This document shows positions 1 to 11,300 of a stretch of DNA of 64,000 bases, piece by piece. The notes under the pieces were generated by a model. It did no database searches and was not told the DNA's origin. It was given only the letters and a program-made list of their open reading frames with translations. Source of the DNA: Catajapyx aquilonaris (Eukaryota). The position numbers were made by a program, and so were the translations under genes. The DNA is taken from positions 1-64,000 of the forward strand of contig JYFJ02001733.1 in assembly GCA_000934665.2 (NCBI GenBank), given 5' to 3'. Position 1 is the stretch's first letter. Every line of letters starts with the position of its first letter.

Positions 1-9
1 TAGATGGCG

Positions 10-180
10 TTTCCGGACACGGGTTCCTATGTCAAAAATGCTTGTCTTGGTCCCCTCTATTACCCATGAAAGTCTTTGCAGAGTTACAATAAACACCTGT
101 ATAGCGGATCACTCCTCGCTCGAGATTAACCTACAAGTTAGTCGTGTTCTTCCATCAATAAATGCACAGGCTTACTATTG
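10..180 (+). mobile_element. Possible LINE AP-endonuclease C-terminal relic
   Basis: Frame reads RTRVPMSKMLVLVPSITHESLCRVTINTCIADHSSLEINL, resembling the PTR...LDL...SDH motif order of non-LTR endonucleases. All three motifs are degenerate. Confidence 0.3.
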
Positions 181-311
181 TCCAAGCATCTCGTCTTTTC
201 ATAATATAAAATGGCCTCTTAAATATAATAATATTACAGTTTGTATCACAGCCCGACAATATCACTTCTTTCTTCAATGATTTTTGTAGTTGATTACGGC
301 GCATGCCTTAC

Positions 312-314
312 AAT

Positions 315-350
<36 letters not shown>

Positions 351-673
351 AATAATAATAATAATAATAATAATCCATGGATAGTGCTTTCACCCCCAAA
401 TGGGGGTATATCACACAGACCTTTATTTTTGAACTATTATACAATATTGGAACCTATTATAGTTGAAGCGCCCGGGCCCACGGGCAGGATGACAGGAGGG
501 GATGTGCAAGGTGCAGTGCATCTGACGCTGTGGCCATTTTTAGTGAACTCCCCCGGGTGGTTTAGTCTGTTGGAAATACCACCCGAGACGAAGCCAGAGG
601 TGACCCTGAACTCTGCACGAGATGAAGGGGGTGTCCCCGGGTTGGGATCGAACCCGGGACCTTAACATCCGTG
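312..673 (-). mobile_element. tRNA-derived SINE with (ATT)n/(GTT)n tail, 5' end lost at the N (674)
   Basis: Minus strand has a T-arm/B-box AGGTCCCGGGTTCGATCCC (about 644-662) and a unique body. It ends ...AAAGCACTATCCATGG followed by an (ATT)n(GTT)n tail at 312-374. No A-box is visible. Confidence 0.65.
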
Positions 674-1721
674 NCCCCCCCCCCCCATCATGCCTTACAA
701 TGGGCTCATTCGGGACAAGCAATACCTGGTGACTGGAAGACATGACGCAGAAAGAAAGACATTCCTTGGCTGAAAGTTGCCCACGGGCATTTTCATGTAT
801 ACTAATGTCAACTTCAATTAAACGAGGTTAATGGGAGGGTATACTATCGCCCACGATGATCCTACCGTACATACGAGTATACCACCATGTAGTGTAGAGT
901 TGCACTTGAAACCTGATGTATGCAACTATCATAAAATGAAGTCCGTGCTATACAAGAACCCGTCGATATTTTGATATAGTGATTAATATTATTTGCTTCT
1001 TTTTTTCCACGTCGCGCGGGGCTAATGTTGCAACTATTGGTCAAATGTGTCTTGTGAAAGAGTGACACATTATTATTACAACCCCTATATCGTATGGTGA
1101 GTATCCGAGGGATTACTCGGCAACAATGTTGGTGGCATGAACGTATGTATAGGGTGTAGTATAGTAAACCCGAGCATACTAGTGTAGTAGTATAGTAGCA
1201 TAGAATCATAGTATAGCAAAGGGAGGCCAAAACATTGTGACAGGGGTAGGAATAATAATTACTATAGTCCATCAACTTTCCTCCATCATCCCTCCTTTTC
1301 GCGGTTAGTGTCTCGGGCAGAGAAACACCAAATAGGAAAACTCTTTGCAACATTGCGGTGATAATAACTCTCACTTTAATAGAAACATAATTACGGTAAT
1401 TATAAGCTACTGTACGCAATGCTACTATAGTACCTTTACAAAAAAATGATTTTGCAATACGGATAATAATCTTCACTGCCTATGAGTGCGTGTTTCTAAT
1501 GCCAATGACGAACTCTCTCACTTCTTTCAGTTTCAGACCAGAGTGATAAGCTGAGCCGTCAACTCTTTACTCATGACTCGACCTAAACTGGTTTTTTTTC
1601 TTTTTAAAGCAAAGACCTGTTATGTAGAGATGACGCAACCGCAGTGATTAAATAAGTATGCTCGGGTCAGTTGTTGAAAGCGAATGTTTCAAATGGCCAC
1701 TACACTTCTGTGAAAGGTTTA

Positions 1722-1722
<1 letters not shown>

Positions 1723-1765
<43 letters not shown>
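1723..1765. repeat. (ATT)n microsatellite
   Basis: Direct reading. Confidence 0.97.
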
Positions 1766-1766
<1 letters not shown>

Positions 1767-3050
1767 ATCGTGGTTCTCTTTAGCTGATTGCTAACATGAG
1801 AGCTATTCTTTTTGGTTTTGACATATTGAGCGAGCAGCAGGAAATGAAATTAATGCATGTGGGGTCAGCCCAATCTGTCTTGGCAAGGACGACATTTACC
1901 TTCAAAATATAGGTGCATCGACTGTATCGCCACAGTGTGCCGGTGAATACACTACGCACTGGTAGAGAGAGAGAGACAACAGCTCATATATAGCCTGACC
2001 GGCAACATTCAGGCGTGGCGATGATGCAAAATAAGTGTGGCTTCACCACATAATTGCTGTCATAGGCTGTAAGATTACTGTTTGTTTAATTAACTCAGGC
2101 TGCAGTCGAGTGCAGCTGGAGAATCATGCGTGTGTTTTGCAAGAAGAAAATGTGGATGGGATGTTTACATTGCATTGTTTCGCTGTTTGAACCGCAAATT
2201 GCTTCGGTGTCACAAATAAAGACGCCTGGTGCAATGTTGACTACGGTGACAAGCCAATAGAGAACTGAAGGTGTTTGAATGCCTCCATCGCCACAGATAT
2301 CCAAGCCAAATGTCTGCGAATCCATAGTCGTTGCAGAGTGGTAATTTATTTTACACAATATTTTATTGCAGGACCTCATGCTACATGAAGGACTCATGTG
2401 TCAAGAAATCATAAGACCACGTGTGTGTGTGTGTGTGTGAACCCATAGATCCGTCTAGAAGTCTGCTAAGGGGATCTGGACTGTATAAATATGGAATCTC
2501 CTGTTAAAATCTAAAAATCTAATAAGGCCTAGTTGTTGTTCCAATGGTCCATTCTCATTCTTTGACATTCGAAAATTCATTGCCATTTGAGTTCGGCTTA
2601 CAGATTAGAATCTTGGATGATTCTATTCGAACCAATATAGCATAATAATAGCATCTGCTGCTCTTGACACTCACTGTCAGCATAAAAATAACTGGAAAAG
2701 TGACCATTTAAAAGGAACAGCTTCGTAACCGAAATTGTTCACTAAAACGGACAATGCTATTTGTTCAGTCCGTTTATATCCCCTGACAAAATTGGTCTGA
2801 TAAAACAACAACAACAACAACAACACCATCACGACATTTCCCTATAAGGGGTAAGTCAGCAGCGATGACGGGAGCCACAAGCTAACCCAAAATCTCTAAT
2901 ATAATAAGTAATAATGAATAACCGATGAGTGGGAAGAGGAGGGGGGCAAGATAACTTGCGTAACTATTATACCTTGGCGCTATAATTTATAACATCCTAA
3001 CATTGTACTTGTTTTTACTCGTCCTAATCGTCAAATTTTACTCAGTCAAT

Positions 3051-3591
3051 ATGCCTCGGCCATCTTACCCATATGACGATGCCATTGCTAAAGCTATTTC
3101 AGAGCTGAAAGAGAGAGGAAGGTCACAGCTTATTAATACGTATTAAAGAACACGTGGCCAGAGAATAAAAAACCTAATCAGAAGGCCGATGACGCCGCTC
3201 GCCCACTCTCTACCAATGTGGAAAGGGATTAGTTAGAGCCCTGATGCTAGGAGTCCCAAAATTTATTATACAAAAGGACTCTTGGTGGACGATAACAGCC
3301 AGACCCGATACCAGACAAGAGGCTTCCAAGGAAGTCACCGCAGGAGATCATGGAATTAGTCAAACAGGCCCTGCGGACAAAAAAAAAGAAGCAATCATTA
3401 AGGAACAGGTTGAGATGATACCGTGCGAAGACCTGATAAATAAGCACTTTATGAGGAAACACGTACGTAACGGCAGTATGTCCGTGACAAGAACCGAGCC
3501 GGCCCTGTCGCAGGAAGCATGCAGGAAGACATGGCGAGAGGCCCTAACGACAACGCGGGCGTACGTGAGAGAATATGGCAAAATACTGTAA
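3051..3591 (+). pseudogene. Degenerate linker-histone H1/H15-like winged-helix gene
   Basis: ATG at 3051 gives MPRPSYPYDDAIAKAISELKERGRS. After a frameshift comes RIKEHVARE*, then LYQCGKGLVRALMLG..FIIQKDSW. This follows the H15 pattern PxY..MI..AI..LKERGGSS..IKKY...AL...V..G...Q.KGSF. Stops and frameshifts are present. Confidence 0.45.
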
Positions 3592-3876
3592 AATTACATA
3601 TATTTTTACAGTGTGTACTGTACCTGGCACAATAGAGAGCCATGTAACAACTTCTGAACGGAAAAACGAGTTATCTTCACGGGATTGAGACTCTTCACAG
3701 CGGAATGCTGTTGAATTCCGTTTACATTCTGCCGACCGCGACGTTACGATGTAAATCGCAATATAAATTTTTCAACCTGAGATAAAACTAGCTACGTAAA
3801 TTCACCAAATCACGCAGACAGCGTTGACTTATTGCCCAAGGCGAGGCTAACTTCGAGGCAACAAGTAGATTAATGA

Positions 3877-4004
3877 CAAGCGGGTAACCACTCGACTGAA
3901 AAGTGTACGCTAGAGTATACCAAATTCAAAGAGTACCTTAGGAGTACCTGGGAGTACCACTCGCAGGTGTACACCGGAGTACCGAAGTGATGGTTACCCC
4001 CTTG
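3877..4004. mobile_element. hAT-type MITE (128 bp)
   Basis: TIRs CAAGCGGGTAACCA / TGGTTACCCCCTTG match 13/14. The 8-bp flanks ATTAATGA / ATTCATGA match 7/8 (TSD). Internal GAGTACC repeats are present. Confidence 0.75.
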
Positions 4005-4228
4005 ATTCATGATGTGCACTGTCGGGCCAGTCAGACCGAAATATGATGTGTCCCGAAGTGCCCCAATCTCAACAAGGATGGATTCTATTCTGCAAGTTCC
4101 AATCAGTCCAAGAACTGCGGATATCACTCCAGCACAATCAATCGCGCAGCAGCGCCAACCAAAACATTACCTTTGGTGAATATCACATTCGTTCACACAG
4201 AATGATGAAGATTACAAAGTCAGTGGGC

Positions 4229-4297
<69 letters not shown>

Positions 4298-4319
4298 TAT
4301 TGTTATTATTATTATTATT
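4229..4319. repeat. Compound (CAT)n-(TAT)n microsatellite
   Basis: Direct reading; it creates the poly-His and poly-Met ORFs. Confidence 0.97.
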
Positions 4320-6939
4320 TCCTCGGCCAAGATTTGTTTCAGGTAGTCACGACAAAAATGTGGCGGGTTGTACAGTACTGCAAAAACTATACTCATTAAA
4401 TACAAGGACGTATCAATGTATACCGGTGCTTCTTGCCACATTTTCATGTCACAGTTTGGGAAGTACAGACTATCAGGATACATGCCGCATTGTTCAACTC
4501 ATGTGAAACAAATGACCTGCTTTTCATCAAACATGATAACACGTTGATAACTATACAGTATGTTTGATGAACCTTATAAGGCGCGCGCAAATGTGTTCCT
4601 GCCGGCAATGGAGGTAGTAATGAGAACATTAATGTATGGATCATGCATGGATCCCACACATTTCGTCAATGTAATATAACTCACACGAACAGTGGCCTTT
4701 CATTGTCATTCTATTGTTTGTACTGAATATAGACCTCTCATTTAATACTGAAATAGATATGAACTGAACATTAAAATATATCACGCCTCAAAAATTCTTA
4801 TTGGAATCGATTGGAGGCCACTTATTGAAAAAAGTGACAAAAATATACGCAGTCACCGACTAATGATTGATGATATAATCACTACATCCAGCAAATGACG
4901 TCATAACGTATGTCGCCCTGACAATGATCGTGCACATGGGTGTAGCCATGGTGGCCCTTTGGGAATAGGCTTTGCAATGGGCAACACAACACATTCGGTT
5001 GCCCCGAAAGGGACAGGATGACACGAGCACAGGCTAGATCGCTTTTTGCAAACATGCGGGACTATATACGTACAGAATATGTCTCACATCAAGTACAGGA
5101 AGCAAACGTTACCCGGAGCTACATTCGGAAGTGGTTTTTTCATAGGCAGCAGGCGACTGAATAAGCAATGGCTGAATCACACAGATACCGGTGAGTGCAC
5201 CGTCCATAAATGATCATAGTTTATGTGTGTGCGCGCGCCATTTTCTCTGGCAATACTACAGTGTACTACACAAAGCAATGGTGTCTTTGGACGAAAATCG
5301 TTGGACTCCGTCCATGTTGACGATAAAAATTGTACGGGAAGTCTGTCACACGTATTGCAACATAATCTATTTTTCCTGACGACAGTGATTCGAGAGAATT
5401 ATGAATTGGTAAGATACCTTCTTTCTAATGCGTGATTTAGAGAAAGGAATAGCAACAAGTGAGGAAAACCCAAATACGGCTCGATTGAATAATGCAGAAC
5501 CGGTATTAATAATAATAATAAATCTAATAGCAGATTATAATACTTGCACTAAGGCCAGTGTCTGAAATAGATCATTCTATTGGGAGGGCTAATTTTAAGC
5601 AATGCTGCATTGCTATAATCACAAATCGTAAGTTCACTATAATATTATCGAGATATACATGTAGCTCGGTCATTATTATTTATTACGATCATCATGTGGA
5701 CGCTTTGGGGCCAGCTCACGACCTTTCTGAACTTTGACCTTGCCCGATCTATTTCCGCTTTGGACTCAGGTCAGGACGAAAATAATGAGCTTGACACATA
5801 TCCCAGAATACTATACCACAAGCACTAAAAATAATCAGCAGTGCGACTGGGAGGGGGGTGTTTATGTATTGTTATTATAACAATAGGAAGGACCATCCTA
5901 TTCCTTCCTATATAGCTTTCGCATCACAGTAATGTGATTGCTAAACCACGTCCGTGCTGTCTGCTTAGTTGAGACATTGCCATTTGCATGGTACCCATTT
6001 TGGGAAGATGATTACTACACTTATGCAGACGCCTACAAACTATAAATCCTTATGAAGTGGAGGGCCATCCACATCCCCTCTGGGAATTATAATCCGGCAT
6101 TCAATTCAGTTTCCGTTCAGTAAGGCCGCCGACATAATTATTGTCTTTAGAATGTTAGCATATTGCCCACATTACCTTGGTGTTTGTATTGCTTATATCT
6201 TGTGTTATTCAGTATCGCTAAAAGGCAATAATTATTATTCCTATTTCGCCTAGCATTGAGTTAAGATAAAAGGGACCTACATATGCTGTATTTGCTCAGT
6301 AAGACAAAGTCAGCCGAGAAGTTGTCATGCGAAGAGTTGGCCATGAACCTATAATAATGGAGTATAATATCAGGAGAAGACATCTGTAACCCTGCCATTT
6401 ATTTTTGGGGGGCTGCGTTAGTCTGGACAAGTAAGTCGAAGTATAACCACCGATCCTCCATAGTGCTACATGGACATACCTGGCAGCATACGCCCGCATC
6501 TGGACTTACACTATATATACATACTCAATCAGCGTTGAAGCTCAAAGGTTCGCCCGAGATCGTCGAGGACTTGACATCGACTGGATCTTAATATCCTTCT
6601 TGAAAGAGAGAAGGTTTCCGATCTGTCTCTAAGAGTTGGTACCCCAGCAGGACGATACACAGTGACGATTAAGAAAAAACCTGTCGTGCCCTTGTGATGA
6701 TGTTGACTGCGGATTATGTTATAATAAATTATATTGAAGTACTTGCCTTTTTTTTGCATCTTCCCAACAGGAGTCGATGTATAGGATTGGACATGGAGGG
6801 TGTGCCGCCTGAACTTCCCGATTGTTATTGGTATGACGCCAAATGCCTCATTAATTTATATTAATTAATACACTTCTAGTGTGACTGACACACTAGACTT
6901 TTGTCGACTTGTAAACACGAAAACGACAGACCACAATAT

Positions 6940-7560
6940 ACTGAGACACATGTCATTAAACAACTTAGTTTTTCAATTAAAAGTGGCCACAAAATTTTCA
7001 ATGAACCAGCGTTCTCATCAGCGGTAATTACCGAAGACAGCCTTTTATTACTAATTATAGTATCTGGGAAGGCTTGCGTGAGACACCTGGTCATATTTTA
7101 GGGAAATACTACCTTCTTACAGGATGTAGGCTACTGTACTCCATGTTACAAAAAAAGAGACATTTTCTGCTCTGACGGACACAAAGTTTTGTGCAAATAC
7201 AGTGGAAGGACTGAGCCTGGATAGGAGCGCAATGAAGATCAGCTGCTGACAAATTCTCGCGAAATCCATGACTGAATGTTTCAGAGCTCTGCCTTTCGGC
7301 AGTGGAGGGAGTAATGTATGAAAGATATGGTCGGAGTACTCTATACCACCTCAGTCCAGGAAACATTTTTTTCTTGTCGATTTTCTACATAAGAAATTGA
7401 GCAGCCAGAGTAATCGTGCGCCCAACGCAATTTCAGACGGCAGAAAATTTATTGTACACCCAGGAGGTAGTGTAAGAGAGGACGCCCAGGACAGACCAGA
7501 CAACCTGCAGATTCAGGCAGAGGCCTGAACGAATATCGACATATTGGCAATAATTCTACA
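6940..7560 (+). mobile_element. Possible RTE-like LINE 3' ORF relic
   Basis: Fragments across frames: LL*RTQSF (LLYGxExW-like), LDRSAMKISC*QILAKSMTE (LD...R.LR.IL..SW), AENLLY and CKRGRP (GxRxRGRP), in the expected order. Confidence 0.35.
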
Positions 7561-7861
7561 TCAAAGGAATATTCCGGATAATCATGGATTAGCATGGCTA
7601 CACATGTTGGTGTAGTGTGGATATTGATATTACAGTGCTATGCAGATGTAAACTATAGTACACGCAGAAGTGGTGTAACAAGAGTCCACATCTCATGTAT
7701 GATTTTCATTAGTTATTACAAATACAGTATTCCCGCCGTATCGGCGGGGTATAGCTTCCAAGCTCCCAAGAATACGTGAAAGCAAGGATAATGCTGAGTG
7801 ATATGAAAGTAATATACAGTACTAATGCTCTCTCTGCATGCCTATTAGAAATCACAGAAAT

Positions 7862-7863
<2 letters not shown>

Positions 7864-7908
<45 letters not shown>
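7864..7908. repeat. (GA)n microsatellite
   Basis: Direct reading. Confidence 0.97.
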
Positions 7909-7914
<6 letters not shown>

Positions 7915-8285
7915 CCCGTGTCTGTGTCTTCAGAAAGACATTTCCGGTTTGAGTGACCGAGCCCTAAAGCTGCTAAAGAAGGATACAGGAAGACAATCAC
8001 AGAACTGAGATTCTATGCCCACCGTTCGCCACAGGTTTACGCAGACAGACCATGAGATCCCTCCTCCTGCCCTTACATAAGTGAGTGGATATAGAAATTA
8101 ATATCTTAAGTTTTTTTCCCCTTGCCATGCTTAGAGCACGGTCGTCCGAAGAAGGCACTGTATTATTAACAGCCCGTCTGCTTTGTCGCCAGCTGCCATT
8201 ACTCTACATTAATTTGTCAATGCAAGACGTATACGTGAAGGAAGCATTTAGGGGACACCTATAAGGTGAATGTTACAGGCAAAAT

Positions 8286-8500
8286 TCAAAGTACGCTAGC
8301 TATCACCCACTCGGGTTCAGAAGACTCAGTGTTCCCATAGAACTTGCCACTACCAAGAGTGTTGGGGAGCATGAACTCCGACCATCCTGTCTCTCTTACA
8401 GCAGGGTGAAAAATATTATACCGCATTTGAAAGAGTGATGATATTCCTGGAGAATTGAAGTTACCTCGCCAAATACATATTTTGGTCACTCTTTTGATTG
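8286..8500 (-). mobile_element. LINE AP-endonuclease relic
   Basis: KICIWRGNFNSPGI resembles IIxGDFNxPxI, followed by VRETGWSEFMLPNTLGSG (resembling GLxQxVxxPTRG). Confidence 0.4.
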
Positions 8501-9644
8501 AGCCACGAGTTATCCATCAAGTTCAGTAGTTTATTCTCAAGAGAATAATACGACAATGTCCTGCTCATCGATTATTAATATGATTATCAAATTATTGGGT
8601 AAATATTGGGCAAAACATTGTTGAGAAACAGAAAGGATGATTGTGTAACATAGTCTTCGTCATCATCCATATATTCAACATTATTGTTGGTGTTGTTCAT
8701 TGTTAAATCGATAATATAAGTTACTCTGACATTTGAAAATAGTAATATTTCCCTCGACAACTTTCAATAAATTAAACATTATATTATACGGTATTACTTG
8801 AATTCATCTGTAATTTACTGTACTAATGACAGAAAAGCAAGGGCTACTTTAATCGCTAATTAATAACAGAAACTGCTAAATCATTGCAGATTGGTTTTTA
8901 TTTGCTTTGGATGGTCGATTCGATCCGCCTGACTTGATAATAATCACACGGCATTGAGACACTCTCAGATTTCATTCTTCTCCGTCGAACACAGGAAGTG
9001 GCAAAGCAGAGTGAGTTTGTATGACTACTTAGATCATGATTGTGTGATCAGATTCTCCTTCCTGGTATGTACGCAAATCGTATAATTATCATAATATTAT
9101 TCCAGATCCGGGCAAACTACAGGCTTTCATTTCCTGCATGAGCATGACTGTGGGTATACCGTGAGATTTACGAATGTATAGGTCTGAGATCTCTAAAGGA
9201 ACTACACTATACTATAACACTCCAGTTTATGTGGATATATTTGACCAACAATAGCGCCGGAAACTTTTCAAAATACTGTATAGTTTCAAAATCAGGTGGG
9301 GGAATATCAACCAGGAGTCGACAGATGTAAAAGGATCTCTGAGAAAGGCTCCCATTTCTGCCGAATAACTAACCGACAATATTATGCACATAAGAGTGTG
9401 CAGGAATCCTGTCCTCGAAAAGCATTCTTGCCCATTCTATGGTGCTCCGTATCCTTGTGGAGTATTAATGTCCTTCATTCACTGGGCTTCACGAAAGGTG
9501 CTCTCTTCCTCTCTGATCGAGACTTCCTGCAAATCAACTAGCAGCCTACGTAGAAACCCTGATCACAACCGGAAGTCCGCCAACCTTTCTCACCACCCTC
9601 GACGTGCACTCAGTGGCTTCAGAATTGATTCTGCATAACGTCAC

Positions 9645-9646
<2 letters not shown>

Positions 9647-9713
<67 letters not shown>
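9647..9713. repeat. (TTA)n microsatellite
   Basis: Direct reading. Confidence 0.97.
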
Positions 9714-10739
9714 GAACATGAGGAATGTTCCTGGGTATCCTTCCAATCCTAATGCTAACGGCAACGGATAGAATCTGATGCATACAATGTCTTACGTATA
9801 TGCTGTGAATGTAAGACATTTTAATGATTTGAGTGGAGGCTAATTGAGACCCACTCACGATAACTATACTAAAGTGGGGCAATGATAGAGATGCATGCAT
9901 AAAATGCGCAACGTGTCGTCAGCAATATGTATGCCGCCGATCGAATGTCTGTCTGGACGTGAAGAATCGTCGCATGTGCCATTACGCGGAAACTAAACAA
10001 AACATAATATTATAGCGACGTTATCTAAGTTAATTAATGAAGCAGGCTAGTATCACTCTTGATCCTTTTTATGACATACATACCCCCCCCCCCTTCCAAC
10101 GTCCCAGAAGTGATTTATCAAGATTCAATGCAAATGCCAGGAGTCTAATAGGTGCAGATTTACATTCGAGTTATATTTTGATACAAGGCACCTCTCCCTA
10201 GTTCTCTCCGTTTTTGAATAACAATAAGTTGAGGCTTGAAATGCATATACTGCATGACGATTTGTTATGGTTAATTTCTTTGTCGGTAAAACAGGATATC
10301 GTAGTGATTCCGAGTTCGTCGGTTTATTAGTGTCCAACATACTGCGTGCATGCCGCTTCTATAGGGTTAACAGTTATATGCGATGCTTTGCGCAGTCCTA
10401 ATGGGAGAAATAATTATGCCTGTTTTTCAAGACAACAAGATGTGACACCTTGGGCGATTTTCGCGACTAACCCTTTTGATTTCTGCCGGCTTGTTGACAG
10501 AAATGCGACTGCATTATCGAAGAGGTTAGAACTGAACCTTTCCTGGAGACATTCATGAGATGAACAGAGTGACACGTTTTAAATGCAACCAGCTCCACCA
10601 CATTTTGCGCTTGATCCTGACTGAATGTTAGCACTGTTGATCATTGCACAATAATTGCATTTCACAAGAGCAATGCGCAGTATGATGGCCGATAGAGTGT
10701 TTCTCATAAGCTGGACGAACAACACTATAGACATTATCA

Positions 10740-11300
10740 CACATTACGTTACGGCATTTTTTTCATACAAAAGCACGTTACACTTCCGTAGGACTAAAGC
10801 TGCTGTTGCGGCCGATTGCCACTGAACAACAGTAACACTCAAACAGCATCTGATGAGATGGTAAGGCTCCTGGGGAGTGTTCGTAGCAGGCCGTTGTTGA
10901 GTTAAATACCAATACTGCTGCAACACCTGATCATCGATGAAAAGTACTCTTAGAATATTCAGACAGTATATACAATAACACACGGGATAAGAAGGTGATA
11001 TTAATAACAACTTCTGAAGCACGTTGTTACTCCAAAGTGTGCACGACAATCACATCGGAAATTACCGAAGGAGATCGAAGGCCGTTTATCATCACACAGC
11101 TCCATCCATATACGAGTCTCGGAACTCAAAATTGGAATGGACAGCAAGTATGTCATACTACACTCTTTTGTTACTGTGCATTCTGAAACAATTAAGATCA
11201 ATATTGCCTGTGTTGCAAAGGCGAACGTATCCCCATAAGCACCATAGCAGATAAGTCACATCCAACTATTAATAATTTATTATATTCTTCATAAGCCATT
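10740..11300 (-). mobile_element. LINE (CR1/L2-like) reverse transcriptase relic
   Basis: Motifs in order: GCDLSA (DLSKAFD), KRPSISFGNF...FGV, VLQKLLLISP (GVPQGxxLSP), VLFIDDQVL (LFADD) and LVLRKCNVL (LNxxKCxVL). Confidence 0.55.

Noticed and set aside
635..665. tRNA gene
   Set aside because: Only the T-arm/B-box is present, with no cloverleaf or terminator; better explained as a SINE head.
862..1476. Longest ORF in the track (204 aa)
   Set aside because: No recognisable domain, partly low-complexity (TAG/TAC-rich) DNA and a non-ATG start; probably a chance ORF.
4043..4506. Poly-His, poly-Met, poly-Asn, poly-Ile and poly-Tyr ORFs here and at the other arrays
   Set aside because: They are stop-free frames of triplet microsatellites with no coding context.
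6300..6700. Protein-like stretch LDLNILLEREKVSDLSLRVGTPAGRYTVTIKKKP
   Set aside because: No family recognised, multiple stops and no consistent splice structure.
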